Positions 1 to 13,689 of a stretch of 64,000 nucleotides of DNA are shown piece after piece (position 1 is the first letter of the stretch; the number at the start of each line of letters is the position of its first letter). This DNA is from Octopus sinensis (lineage: Eukaryota). The notes beneath the pieces were generated by a model, which was given only the letters and a program-made list of their open reading frames with translations, did not search any database and was not told the DNA's origin. Position numbers and translations under genes: made by a program. Location of the stretch: positions 59,768,001-59,832,000 of the forward strand of contig NC_042999.1 in NCBI RefSeq assembly GCF_006345805.1, given 5' to 3'.

Positions 1-39
1 AGACCTTGTGGCCAATAAACGAACGAATTATTATTATCA

Positions 40-72
<33 letters not shown>

Positions 73-89
73 TATTATTATTATTATTG

Positions 90-660
90 AGTGAGAGAGC
101 AGTGCATGCCATCAAAGTGACACTGGGGTAAAATATACGAAGCCCAATATACCCATCATGACTACCCGTCTGATAAAGGTACACCAGGCACATGCATCAC
201 AACCATATGTGCGCGACATGGTGATCTCATATCAAGATAAACAGCACATGACCTTGCAGGTAGGGCCCAGTTAGAATTTTCTTCAGGTTGAGTAGCCCAT
301 TCCGCTCAAAAGGTCCCCGAATAAGGGTTGTTTAAGGATGTTGAAAGAACCACCCATGTTTCCAGAGGTGAATTATTCAAACCCCAAAAATCCCTCTCAA
401 CACATGGCTATGATGCTCCCCCACTACTTCTGCTCGTGATCAGAGATGCACATATCGTCAGCCACTAAGGGACATGCTCAACTGGTTAAGGTCAAACAAC
501 TGACAAGCAAATTTGTGGTATTGAGCAGAATATTTGCTGTAGCCCATCTTTTATACCAAGACAAAACAATGTACATGATAACACTTCCAATCAGTTAAGA
601 TCAGAAGCCATGAGAGCCACTGCCTGGTACTGCATCAGGGCATTTATTACTGCATCAGGG
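90..660 (-). mobile_element. Interspersed repeat abutting an (ATT)n tract; probable 3' end of a non-LTR retrotransposon with a (TAA)n tail
   Basis: Non-coding complex sequence begins right at the end of the (ATT)n run at 27-90. It resembles a common Octopus repeat from memory; no protein motif is recognisable. Confidence 0.4.
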
Positions 661-703
661 CATATTTGGTACTGCATTATTATTATTATTATCATTATTA
701 TTA

Positions 704-742
<39 letters not shown>

Positions 743-780
743 TTATATCTATAAGAATGCCATATTAATATGGCGATAAC

Positions 781-785
781 AATGA

Positions 786-877
<92 letters not shown>

Positions 878-895
878 CATTATTATTATTATTAA
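781..895. repeat. (ATT)n trinucleotide microsatellite
   Basis: Near-perfect TTA run; it explains the poly-Asn and poly-Leu ORFs at 765-1055. Confidence 0.97.
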
Positions 896-1891
896 TGTTG
901 TTGCTGTTATTTTTTAACATTCTGATTTCAAAAGCCACCGAGGTCAACTTTGCCTTTTTCACCCTTTCAGGGGACAATAAAATAAGTACCAGTGATACAC
1001 GATGTAAATAAGCTTCACCCTCACTCCCTCGAATTTCTGGCCTTGTGGTGCCCAAATTGGAAACAATAATTATTAATCATACCATTGTTATTCTTCTTCT
1101 TCTTGTTCTTCTTCTTCCTATTACAGTCTTTATCATTTGTTATTACATGTATGACGGTGTTTTCTATTTGTTATGATCTTCTTTCCTGTACAGTCATAAT
1201 ATTTTTTCTTTTCTAGGATTGTAATGTTTATTTCCATGTTATATGGATAAGGTTAGGAATATCTTTTCTTCTCCGTCATGTCTTTCGTTGTAGTTGTTGC
1301 TGTTGTTGTTGTTGTCGTTGTTACTGTTTACCATTCCTCTCTTGTGTTTCAATGTTTGTTTGCGTTTTCTTTTTAAAAAAAATTTTTTTTTTGTTTTGTA
1401 TTTCCGTATTTTGTTTTCGTGTTGTTGTTCCTGAAATGTCTGTCTCTATGGACCTGTTTTTGTCAACCCCCCACCCTAAACTTTTCTTTTACAAATGTGT
1501 TGTTTTGTTTTGTTTTGACCTTCTTTGTGTGTGTTTTTGTCTTTTTTCCCTTCACACATGTTTGGTGACATATGTCTTTTACCGGCTTTCCTTGTCTTTA
1601 ATTTTTAGCTGTTTGTTTATGGAAACATGCTTTTATGCTTCTCTTCTCTCTCTCTCTCTTTCCCTCTCTCTTCTCTCTCTCTCTCTTCCCTCTCTCTTCT
1701 CTCTCTCTCTCTCTTTCCCTCTCTCTTCTCTCTCTCTCTCTCTACAACTTTTCTAATTAATGCTATGTCAATTTCTTTATTAACCAATGAGGTTGAGAAA
1801 AAGACGGGACAATACGAGGACAGACAAAACAAACATCGGGATCAGGGTATCGAATGAGACGAAACGTATGAATAAATAAACATTTAAAATA

Positions 1892-2440
1892 TATACAAGT
1901 ATATTTGCCACTGAAATATGGCTAAGCGCTAAGGATGGATGCTACTGTACCTTGTAGCCTCAGGAGAACATCTTTGGGGCTACAAGCTACAAGCTACAGT
2001 AGCATCCACCCTTAGTGCTTAGCCACATTTAAGTGGCAAATATACTTCACATTGTCATGCAGCTACTGTTTTTACTTCGTTCAGAGATTTATTATTGTTT
2101 AAAAAATATACAATTAAATGAAGCGGGGGATGCGGTCGACCCCACAAACCACATACTCACACTGAGTATACAAGTATATTTGCCACTGAAATATGGCTAA
2201 GCACTAAGGATGGATGCTACTGTACCTTGTAGCCTCAGGAGAACATCTTTGGGGCTACAAGCTACAAGCTACAGTAGCATCGACCCTTAGTGCTTAGCCA
2301 CATTTAAGTGGCAAATATACTTCACATTGTCATGCAGCTACTGTTTTTACTTCGTTCAGAGATTTATTATTGTTTAAAAAATATACAATTAAATGAAGCG
2401 GAGGATGCGGTCGACCCCACAAATCACATACTCACACTGA
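1892..2440. repeat. Direct tandem duplication (2 x 275 bp), each unit containing a 151-nt fold-back hairpin
   Basis: AAGTATATTTGCCAC starts at 1897 and 2172, and GTGGCAAATATACTT ends at 2047 and 2322. The units are near-identical. Confidence 0.92.
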
Positions 2441-2787
2441 AGACTTTGCTTTCTCCCTTTTTATATTCTCGTTTAGACAGGTTCTTTAACTCGCAACATA
2501 CTTGCTATAGACTTCCATCTTTTGCGAAACACACTTTGCAACAGGCATTCAGATTTATTTATAACTGATGATATTGCTGAATTTGGTACCACAAAGTCCC
2601 AAGAAGGATCTTCAACAGAAATTGGTTAAGAAACCCCTCTTCTCCTAGCATAAAACTCCCTTGTTCATAGTCTTGTGAGTTGCATGGTGACCTCAGTAGA
2701 GCCGGTGGCATGAAAAAATTAAGGACCCAGTACATACTGTTAAGTAGATAGCATTAAGAAGGGTATCCAGCTGGTGAAATTTTTTTT

Positions 2788-3374
2788 CCCACGAGAGTTC
2801 CATACCCCAGTAATGAACTCATTTGCATACAGCTAATCAGAGCGTACCTCGACCTTGTTGTCAAGTTAACAAAGGTTGCCTAGATGTAAAGCCCAACATA
2901 ACATTCATGAATGTGTTAAAAACAACCAATCTCTTCGTAAAACGCACTTTACCAAGTAAACTCAAGATGAAGAGCAGTCGGCCGATTGCCAAATTATGCC
3001 AGATTTTAGAAGGAGACGAGTAATTAGATAGATTTGCATCTATACCTATTATCGGATTTTGTTAGGGCCCCATATGGAAAAGATGAGGGTGAGAAAAATG
3101 TGGGTAGAGGGTGATGTGCTAGCAACCCTCTCTTTTTACTGTTTTGCAAAGTAAACAACAAAGTAACAAATAACTAAGCAGAGTCAGCCATGGTTGAAAC
3201 AAGAACAAGAACTACAAGCATTATTAAAAAAGAAAAAAGCATGGTCATTCCTTACCCAAGTGACCTTATCTTATCGCCCATCACTTGTTATGCATTCGTA
3301 AATTAGTTTGATAGTTGAGCTCTGATTGGCTGTATGCAAATGAGTTCATAACTGGGATCCGGAACTCTCGTGGG
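2788..3374. mobile_element. MITE-like element with about 57-bp imperfect terminal inverted repeats
   Basis: Left end CCCACGAGAGTTCC..AACTCATTTGCATACAGCTAATCAGAGC; right end GCTCTGATTGGCTGTATGCAAATGAGTT..GGAACTCTCGTGGG. Flanked by T8 on the left and A12 on the right. Confidence 0.75.
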
Positions 3375-3493
3375 AAAAAAAAAAAATTTCTCATCCAACT
3401 ATAGAAATCCTGTCCAAGTAGACATACTGTCCTGGGATCCATCAGATCCTGTCAAACCATCCAACCCATGCCAGCATGGGACATCGGCCTTAA

Positions 3494-3645
3494 ATGATGA
3501 TGATGATGACGATGATGATGATGATGATGATGGTGATGGTGATGATGGTGATAATGTTGATGATGATGATGATGATGATCGTGATAATGTTGATGATGAT
3601 GATGATGATGATGGTGATAATGTTGATGATGATGATGATGATGAC
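3494..3645. repeat. (GAT)n microsatellite, expanded tail of a diverged RTE 3'-end copy (about 3424-3493)
   Basis: GAT/GGT/GAC run preceded by CCAACCCATGCCAGCATGGG. Confidence 0.85.
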
Positions 3646-4399
3646 GATAAAAAGCTAGTGGGTATACCACTTGAGAACAATACTTAAGTCAGACAAGCAT
3701 ACTTGTGCACATACGCATGTGGATGTTGGATGTGCAGCATGGAATTACATCTTCTTTGTGCACTGTGCCAACAAGTATTGGCATTCGGAACCTCAATGCC
3801 AAAGTCTGAAGATTTGTTATTTTTATTGGGAAAATTAGGCAGCAGGAAACTACCATCTTTTGCATTTTACTTTTTTACTGGTCCCTCTTGCTGGACTGCA
3901 GCCATGTCAGAGCACTATCTTGAAAGATTTTGGTGAAATGAACCAACCCCAGCACTTAATGTTTACTTTTAAGTCCAATATACTCATTCTGTCTATCTCT
4001 TTTGCTGAACTGTTATAGGGTTGTAGAAATAACAAATAACTATGCCATCAGTGAAGTAGAATAAGTGTGTGTATGTGTATGTGTATGTGTATCGGTCACT
4101 TCATGTAATTACATATATGATCATATGTGTAACTTAATTAAATTATATATGTATATACATCATATATACAGTCTATATATATATGTATATCGATCTGTAT
4201 ATCTATCTATCTCTCTGTCTATCTTCGCATATACGTATATATATGTGTGTGTGAGAGGGTATGTATGTAAGTATGTATGTATGTTTGTATGTATGTATGT
4301 TTGTATGTATGTATGTATGTATGTATCTATCTATCTATATATATATCTATCTTTCCATCCATATATCTATATAATTACACATGCAACAATTCCTAGTTA

Positions 4400-4815
4400 A
4401 GAGATTGCAGAATCGTTAGCAGGCCAGACAAAATACTTAGTGGTATTTCATCTGTCTTCGTGTTCTGACTTCAAATCCTTTAGAGGGGACAGGGATGTGA
4501 ATAAATCAAGCGGGGGTCAATGTCATCGACTAGTCTCCTCCCCACAAATTTCAGGTCTTGTGCCTTTAGTGGAAAGGATTATTATTATTATTATTATTAT
4601 TATTGAGGTAGTGAGCTTCCAAAATTGTTAGAATGCCAGGTGTAATGCTTAGTGGCATTTTGTCTGTCTACATGTTCTGAGTACAAATTCCACTGAAATC
4701 CATTTTCCCTTTCATCCTTTTGGGGTCAGTAAAAAATGTACCAGTGAAATATTGGTGTCGATGTCATCAACTAGTCCTCCCCTACCACCAAATCACAGGT
4801 CTTGTGCCTTTAGCA
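4400..4815 (+). mobile_element. Two diverged copies of tRNA-derived SINE family B separated by (ATT)n
   Basis: GCAGAATCGTTAGCA..TTCAAAT..CTTGTGCCTTTAG..GATTATTATT pattern twice; the same family occurs at 18936, 45605 and 60980. Confidence 0.7.
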
Positions 4816-5276
4816 GAAAAGATTATTATTATTATTATTATTATTATATTATTATTATTATTATTATTATTTTTATCGTTATTATTATTATTACTATTTC
4901 ATTACAGAAATTGCCATTAAAATTCTTTTCCTCGTCTGACCAAACTTTGATGCCATCTGTACAGTTACCTGCATTTCTAACTCATTGCTAACAGCGAAGG
5001 AAGGGAATAGCCACTAAAATGTTAAGAATGCCGGAAATGATGCATAACCAGTCTAGTTTCACAGATGTATTGTGCAATTGGTTATTCTCTTCTCATGTCT
5101 GTCCATCCTCCCACCACCACCACCACCACTCTCGCTGCCAACCTCTTGCTCTTCTGAATTTTATATTTGCTGTTTTCGGCTTTTATTTTCTTTTATTTAA
5201 CATTCTTCTTCTGTTAAACACTCTTTCTTCCTTGCTATTATATCAGCTGTATATCTTACTGTGTGTGTATATATAT

Positions 5277-5308
<32 letters not shown>

Positions 5309-5363
5309 GTGTTTAACAGAAGAAGAATGTTAAGAGAAAAAAAAGACGAAAACAGCAAATATA

Positions 5364-5430
<67 letters not shown>

Positions 5431-5471
5431 TATATATATATATATACATATATATGTATATATAGATATAT

Positions 5472-5518
<47 letters not shown>

Positions 5519-5586
5519 TGTGTGTATATATGTATATATGCACATACACCCATATACTCAATATACCCATTCATATAGATTTATAT

Positions 5587-5823
5587 CATCATCATCATCG
5601 TTTAACATCCGTTTTTCCATGCTAGCATGGGTTGAACGGTTCGACCGGGGTCTGGGAAGCCAGGGGGCTGCACAAGGCTCCAGTCTGATCTGGCAGTGTT
5701 TCTACAGCTGGATGCCCTTCCTAACGCCAACCACTCCATGAGTGTAGTGGGTGCTTTTTACATGCCACTGGAACAGGGACCAAAGGGAGCTGGCAACGGC
5801 CACAGTCGGTTGGTGCTTTTTAC
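5587..5823 (-). mobile_element. Short 3'-end copy of the RTE LINE with (GAT)n tail
   Basis: CATCATCATCGTTTAACATCCGTTTTTCCATGCTAGCATGGGTTG matches 52445-52620. Confidence 0.88.
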
Positions 5824-5924
5824 ATAATGAATATATATATGTGTGTGTGTGTGTATATATTTATGTTTGTATATATATGTATACAAATATGCACACGCAT
5901 ACACACACGCACGCATATGTGTGT

Positions 5925-5959
<35 letters not shown>

Positions 5960-6120
5960 AAATTATAAATAAGGGCAAAGAAAAAATTTTCTTTCCCTAT
6001 ATGTTGAAGATAGATGCTAAATCATCTAACCACATTAAATATTTTGACTGTTATTATATACATACACACACACATATTTATATAGGTTTTTATGCATATA
6101 TATTCATATATCTATCTATA

Positions 6121-6170
<50 letters not shown>

Positions 6171-6403
6171 TATATATGTATGTATGTATATATATAAATA
6201 TGTATATATATCTATATATCTATATATATATATTTAAATATAAATGTATATATGTATATATATAAAATATATATGTATAATATGTATGTATATATATGTA
6301 GATAAATATATATGTATATATATATGTGTATAAATATATATATGCATAAGTATATATGTAAATATATGTATATAAATATACATGTGTATATATGTGTGTG
6401 TGG

Positions 6404-6444
<41 letters not shown>

Positions 6445-7079
6445 AATATATATGTACATATATAGATAAATATATATGTATATATATATATAGATAAATT
6501 ATGTATATATATTGATAAACATATATGTATATATACAAATAAATAAATATGTATATATATGTACATATATGTATATGTATGGAGAGAGAGAGAGAGATAT
6601 GTATATGTATATTCTTCCTCACATCTCTCCCTTCTCTCTTCTGTCCCTCTCTTCTTCGTTCCCTCCATCCAATCTCCCTCCTCTCCTTTCACATCCCTCA
6701 CACTCTATCCCTTACTGTTATTACATTACCAACCACCTTGCTATATTTCATTGAATGTCAAATGACATGGCAATGTCTCAGTGCTTTCATCATTCGTTTA
6801 TCATTTTCCTGTTTGCCATTAACCTTTCCATTCCATCTTCATCCAATACCATTATGAAATTACCAATGGTAAGAGTAAGAGTGCTTTTGATTGCAGCGAT
6901 TTCCCCATTCATTTTCTACTCCCCCCCTTTTTTTTCTTCATTGTCTTTCCAGTGTGTCCATGTGTTCATATATGTGTCTGACTGTATGTATGTTTGTGTG
7001 TATGACTGTGTGTGTGTGTTTTAGCGATTGTGTGTGTGTATGATACAAAGGTGTGTGCATGTAGGTGCATGTACTCTAC

Positions 7080-7330
7080 ATAGGATTGTGATTAGTGACT
7101 TTAGAGTAAGAGCCAGGTGATTTTAGAGATGGATGGCATTTTGGTAAAGGAAAACATGGAAGCTAAAAGAAGTCTTCATGGATTGCAGGTTCAGAGAAAT
7201 TTCTAGTTGAATGTTTTACGACTAAAGAGAGAGAAGAGATAGCAGCTCGTAACTCAGAGAAAACTAGAAGTTTCTTTAAGACAACAAACAGAGGGCTACT
7301 AACTAGAACTGTGGCTGGTGCCAAAGTCCA
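7080..7330 (+). pseudogene. Decayed RTE ORF fragment (endonuclease-RT linker)
   Basis: Broken frames give RIVISDFRVRAR..WKLK..CGWC.V, matching HRLVVSDFRIRTK..WKLKD..CGWCKVP of the RTE at 54093-56576. Confidence 0.6.
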
Positions 7331-7865
7331 TGGCAAATGCAAACAGAGATGAGGGTGGAGTAAGGTTAAGGATTTGGATGTAGAGGTTTTATTGTAACCA
7401 GACTGAGATAGCGGCTGCTATCAATCAGCTTCAGTTATTGTCAAGCAAATGCTATTTTGAAAGAAATCTTGGCAACAGTTGAGAGGGTCGGTCATTGGAT
7501 ATGGCTGAAAATGGATGGTGAAATCTGGCTGATGTGTGTGTGTGATGAAATCTGGCTGATGTGTGTGTGTGAGGCAGGTACTTGTGTGCCTATACGGCTA
7601 GTCAGACCAGCTTAGCTCCCCAATCTGAATAGTGGTAATGATCCCAAAATGGATTTAAGAGTGAATTAGTTGATCCATTAGGGAGTGGGGGCCTGACATC
7701 ATTGGTGGTTATGATGTGTGCTGTAAAGCCATTGAGAGAATGGCCCAGAAATGGTGTGCATTAATTTCTGATGACTCCTGAGACATACTGACTCCTGAGT
7801 CCTGACACAAGCAATCCAACCCTTGCTATCTGTAAGAGGGTTTCCAACCCTCTTACAGATAGCAA

Positions 7866-8190
7866 GTGAAGATGCATGGCTTAGTGTTTAAGGTATTCAT
7901 CTCATACATGTAAGGCTGTGAGTTCAATTCTTGGTGGTGTGCTGTGTCCTTGGGCAAGACACTTTATTTCACATTACTCCGGTTTCTTCAGCTGGTAAAA
8001 ATGAGTTGTAACTGTGATTTAAAGGGCCAGCCTTGTCACATTCTGTGTCATGCTGAATCACCCCGAAAATTTACATTGAGGGTACGTGAATCTGTTGTGT
8101 GCTTAACCATTTGCATGCTAATTTCATGAGCCGGTTGTTCTGTTGATCAGGTCAATTAAAACCTTTATTGTTATAACCAATGGAGTGTCA
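7866..8190 (+). mobile_element. tRNA-derived SINE (family C/D)
   Basis: A-box-like TGGCTTAGTG and B-box-like GAGTTCAATTC, followed by GTGTCCTTGGGCAAGACACTTTATTTCAC. Confidence 0.7.
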
Positions 8191-8229
8191 GTTAGATAGC
8201 ACCACAAAATCTAAGAGACCGATTTGAAA

Positions 8230-8530
8230 TGACTGGAAGAAAAGGAGGTAGCTAAGATAAAACATCAATTAGCCAGAAGGGAATCTAGACATCAGTATAT
8301 CAGGCAAGAGGAGAGGCTTGTGTATTTTCTGAGATGTGAAGATCAGGAACATGAGATGTTCTGGATTGTCTGGTAGTGTACTACAAAGAATCAAGATGTT
8401 GTCAGGGATTAGAATGTACAGAATGACTATGACATTGTTGATTTTACTGTTGCTAAACAAGGAAACATGAAAATGTTACAATATGAGGCTGGTGAGTGTA
8501 TAAAATGCATGAGAGGAAGAGTTTATCCTA
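8230..8530 (+). pseudogene. Decayed RTE ORF fragment
   Basis: Alignable by eye to the WKAWK..ARREARRQVY..EVFRVARQC..DVVG..HYERL segment of the long RTE. Confidence 0.5.
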
Positions 8531-9096
8531 GCAGACTCAACAGTGGGATAAACCTTCCAAGTTGACAGCAATATGATAGAGTGATTAAACTATGAGAAAC
8601 TTGTCCATCAAGTTAGTTGCAGAGATACCTGAAATATTTTGCATGGTGATCCAGTCGTGACCATCCTGTCAGATCTTTAGACACCATATCTAAGATTGCA
8701 TTATGCAATAATGGTAGGGTGCAATTTGAGGAAGATTTTGCTGCTATTTCTAGCAAGTCAAGTCACCATGTGGCAGCACATTCATTCTTTTGTTGAATGT
8801 ATATGTTCTGGGAGCTATTGTTGTTATTGTTGTTCAATACCTTTAAGTGATCCCTCACCAAGCAGACTTAATTTGGTCAGACATTCCAGGCATGACTATC
8901 ACATATTTTTCAAGCATAGTGTATCTCAGGCTGCATTATCCAATATGTCCTTCACGGAAACAGCTGGGTGTAATTGAAGGGTGGCTGTGCCTTTTAATTT
9001 GTGATTACCTCATGTGCTGTATATTGCATATCTCTCTCTTTCACTCTTACTCTCTCCATATATGAGTGTGTATGTGTGTGGGTGTGTGTGTGTGGA

Positions 9097-9570
9097 TTGA
9101 AATCGAAATCAAATTCGATGACTGGCATCCGTGCTAGTGAAGTGCTAAGAGCACCATCTGAGTGTGATCGTTTCCAGAGCAGCTGACTGGCTTCCGTGCC
9201 GGTGGTACGTAAAAAGCACCATTTGAGTGTGATCGTTACCAGTGTTGCCTTACTGTCACTTGTGCCGGTGGAACATGAAAAAACATTCGAGTGAGGTCAT
9301 TGCCAGTGCCGCTGGGCTGGCTCCTGTGCAGGTGGCATGTAAAAAACACGATTTGAGCGTGGCCATTGCCAGTACCGCCTGACTGGCACGTAAAAGCACC
9401 CACTACACTCTCAGAGTGGTTGGCGTAAGGAAGGGCATCCAGCTGTAGAAACTCTGCCAGATCAGATTGGAGTCTGGTGCAGCCATCTGGTTTGCCAGCC
9501 CTCAGTCAAATCGTCCAACCCATGCTAGCATGGAAAGTGGACGTTAAACGATGATGATGATGATGATGAT
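9097..9570 (+). mobile_element. RTE 3' UTR copy with several 55-60-bp modules and (GAT)n tail
   Basis: Repeated GTGCCGGTGGCACGTAAAAAGCACC modules, ending GTTAAACGATGATGATG. Confidence 0.88.
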
Positions 9571-11275
9571 ATATGTGAACATGCTGTTATGTATGGTGTA
9601 TGGACAACACTCAGTTTTGTGTTGCTCATCCAGTAAAACACATTTTGATTTAACATGAATAAAGACTTAGTAATCAAATCCTTTAACTATTTGCCCAATT
9701 AAACTAAGTATCATATATAGATTTTCTTTTACGAACACTGAAGATTTAAGTAAGAGTTTATCATATACACACATCTACACATCTTTGGGGGTTTTTTCTC
9801 CTCCACTCTTGCTGTGTGTATATTTATTCATGGTGATATGTTTGGATAAGGCATATAAACACAAGCTGAAAATAATCAATTAAGATGCTATTATTAGTGC
9901 CCTGAGTTTAAATATCATATTACAAGAATGTTGCATTGTAATCCGACCAAAACCACTTTTCCTTTTCCGGTAAAGCTTAGTGCCAGGTATTTCCCTCCCT
10001 GTTTTCTGTTTTCTAGTGCTTGCTTTTATCTCCGAAACTGAATTTTCTGCTTGGGTTAAACACATGGCTCACATACATACAATGTTTCTTGGTTGTCATT
10101 AGATTCTGTTGGCTGACATTGGAGCATTGGACAAACATCTATTGCTTCACTATCAAGAATTTTCCTGTTTTTTTTTTAGATTTTGTTTTTGCTTTTTTTT
10201 TTGTCTTTCTAGCTAAGATTGGATTTATCCCATTTGCTGCAGTATTGGTTTAAACATTACCTAATGTCCAGGCATCGATGTCGTTTGGCAATGTGTTTCA
10301 CTGAAGCGAAAGGATAATTTATTGCGAAATTGTGTTGGGCTGCTGTTACATGAGCTTAAGCTGATTGCGATACTTTCATGATCTCGCTCTCTCTTTTCCC
10401 ATCCAAGTTACACAAAATCTGAGAAGAGGATACCACATTATTACACGCATACATACACACACACACAAACACACTCACTTGCATGCACACACACACACAC
10501 ACACACACATGCTCTCTTGCATGCACACGCATGCACAGACATGCACATATATGTATATACGTTTGTGCTTGGGGGCAATGTTATGCAGATTGGTTTGCTT
10601 AAAGTGCATTTTACTTACATAAAACAATTGTCCATTCCCTAGGGAGAAAATAAATAAGTACCTTTTATTGCAGATTCCTAAGGGGATAAGACAAAAAAAA
10701 GAACTACAATATATACTGGGAGCAAGATAGGATATTAACTATAATTATGAGAAAGAAAGGAACCAAAACGTGAGGAGTAATATAAAACAGATGCGGGCAA
10801 ACATGGCAGTAAGAAGCAATAACAGGTTTGCTTCCTTCTTTCGAAAGAGGAAAGAGTGACATGGAACACAGAAGTGTGTTTAAATTTTCTGCTTTCAGTG
10901 TCGTTCTAGTGTCTACATCTTGATGTGCAAGACTGATGTGGTTGGTGTTGTAGCCTGAGGTCAGCCATCTTGCAACATATGCAGGGCTTTTGCGTATAAC
11001 ATTTAAGGTGTCACTATTCTGTGTTTTATTTATATATATATATATATTTACATGTCTTGGACTAACAATGACATATGTGCCGGTGTGGGTGGGTAGTTAA
11101 GAAGCTTGCTTGGCAACCATGCGGTTTTGGGTTCAGTCCTACTGTGCGACACCTTGAGCATGTGTTCTTTTACTACAACCCTGGGCTGACCAGTGCCTTG
11201 TGAGTGAATTTGGGGGACAAACTGTGTGGAAGCTCATCATGTGTGTGTGTTTTGCACTTGTCCCTTACACACATA

Positions 11276-11380
<105 letters not shown>

Positions 11381-13420
11381 CTTCTTATATAAAATAGACC
11401 TGTGTGTGTGTCTATTTGCTTTCCACAGGAAAATGGCTGTGCGAGTGGCTCCCATATTTGAGATGCCTGAATAATTTGATCTCAGACACGTAACCAGGGT
11501 CATCAGTTTATTTTTTTTATTAAAAGAAAATAATATTGCTTTATATATATAATTCACTTCTTCAGAAATGTTTCTCAATGTCAACTTCTGGTATTGATGT
11601 AGCAATGGTGAAATTTTCCGTTTTCTTTTTCAAAGTCTGTCACTCTCTATTTTAATATTTTCATTTCAAGTTTTTATTTGCTATTTGCAAACAGCTACGA
11701 TAAATTACTGAAAGAAATGTTTACTAAGTTCATAGATTGAAATATTCAGTACAAGATAGTTTTTAACGAGCTTTTATTTATATGATTTTTTAAATTTCAT
11801 GTTCGTTTCATTCATTGCCTGTAATGTTCTCTCCCTCCCTCTCTCTCTCACACACACACACACACAAATCAATCGCATACGCACACGTATGTTTTTGTAT
11901 GTATGTGTGTGTGTGTATGAGACAGAGAGAGAGAGAGTGATGTCTAAGTGGCATTCACTCTTTCTCTCTCTCACACATACACACACACACGTGCACACAC
12001 ATGTATACAAAAAGATGTATGCATATTTATTTATGTATGTATACATAACAACACACCCTTTCTCTCTTTCACACACACCTCAATTTCATCTGATGCTTGA
12101 TACTGTATGTATGTGTGTTTGTGTGTGCGTGCACGTGGGTGGGGCATTCCACTATCGCCATTTATTTCATTCACTCTTGTAAAGATATTCACATAACTCT
12201 TTTTTTCATTTAATCCCATTTTAATTTTCAAAAAAGTTTCCAAGAACAATATTCTCACTCTCTACATGAGGAGTTGGGGAAGGTGTAGATGATCAGTATT
12301 CTACAGTAAAGCAAAGATGAGTACAGGTAGGCAATGTTGAATTCTGTAAATATATAAACAAAAGCTTAGATATATATATATATATAATATATATATATAT
12401 ATTGCTCTCTATTAAGCTATTTGCCAGAATCTTCTGATGAGGATAACATGATTTCACATCACAGATCTCAAAATCCATGCTAGTTCATCTTGTCTATACT
12501 CCAATAATAATATTGTACTTCATTACATAATATACAAGGTTAAGCTACCTGTCAACATTTATCTGAAACAGCTGTAAAGAGGAAATGGGATTACATCATT
12601 TATTTGTATAAGCAACTTTCCATATGAATCCTACACCTTGTATCTACTTTTGCTTATCTGTCTTTTCTGCTCATGTATATATGTATATGCATATATATAT
12701 ACATATATACATGTATGTATATATGTGTGAATGTAAGTAATCCATGCTTGTTATAGGATGAGCAAAGCAGTGGTCATTGTTAACATTCTGGGTTGACATA
12801 ACAGGTCACTTCTGTGTTTTTGAAGATTAAAATTTTTAAAGAAATAAGAAATAAAATAACAATAAAGAAAAAAAAAAGAAACCTTTATCTGAAAACCAGT
12901 AAAAGTTGACATCAGGAAGAGTTTCCGGCCATAAAATACTGTGTCAGATAACTTTCCTATCCAATTCCATATTAGCATAGGAAAATGAACACCAAATGGA
13001 CAAACATCAAAAGCAACCTTTGCCTAATAAAATTTTATAGACCTACACACAAATTAGCATCTTCTTTTTTATAAGTTGGGTGTCAAAAACTGAAAGTCAT
13101 TTACACTTTTATTCTATTACTGTTTTCAGACACTGGTTATTGGCCATGCTGGGGCACTGGCTTTTATGGTTTACTCAATCATATCGACCCCTGTGCTTAC
13201 TCTTAAGTCTGGGTTTTGGTTCTTTTATGAATCTATTTATCAAATGGATAAATTTTTGGCACACCATGACTAACCTGTCATAGTTATACGTAAACACTCA
13301 CACACACACACACACACTCACAGAGTTGTTTTGCAAGATTCTTGATGTGAAATCATGTCTTGAAACATGTATTGTTGCATTTTGGGATGGTCACGAGTTT
13401 TTTGTGCCAAATAAAACACA

Positions 13421-13464
<44 letters not shown>

Positions 13465-13689
13465 ATATGTATTATATATATATTAAAATATATATATATT
13501 GCGTGCCTTTATTTGGCAAAATAAAAAAAAAAAATGAAATGACCATCCTGAAGTATAACAGAGATAGCTGTGTGGCAAGATGTCCCTGGTTCAATCCCAT
13601 TGAGTGACACCTTGAGCCAACCAAGACCTTGTGAGGGGATTTGGTAGACTGAAACTGAAAGAAATCCATCCTTTATATATATATATATA

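Noticed and set aside
2823-3023. 66-aa ORF inside the TIR element
   Set aside because: It has no transposase motif, and its apparent acceptor lies within the TIR.
12434-12480. CTGATGAG hammerhead-like start
   Set aside because: There is no GAAA half-core and no convincing helix I or II.
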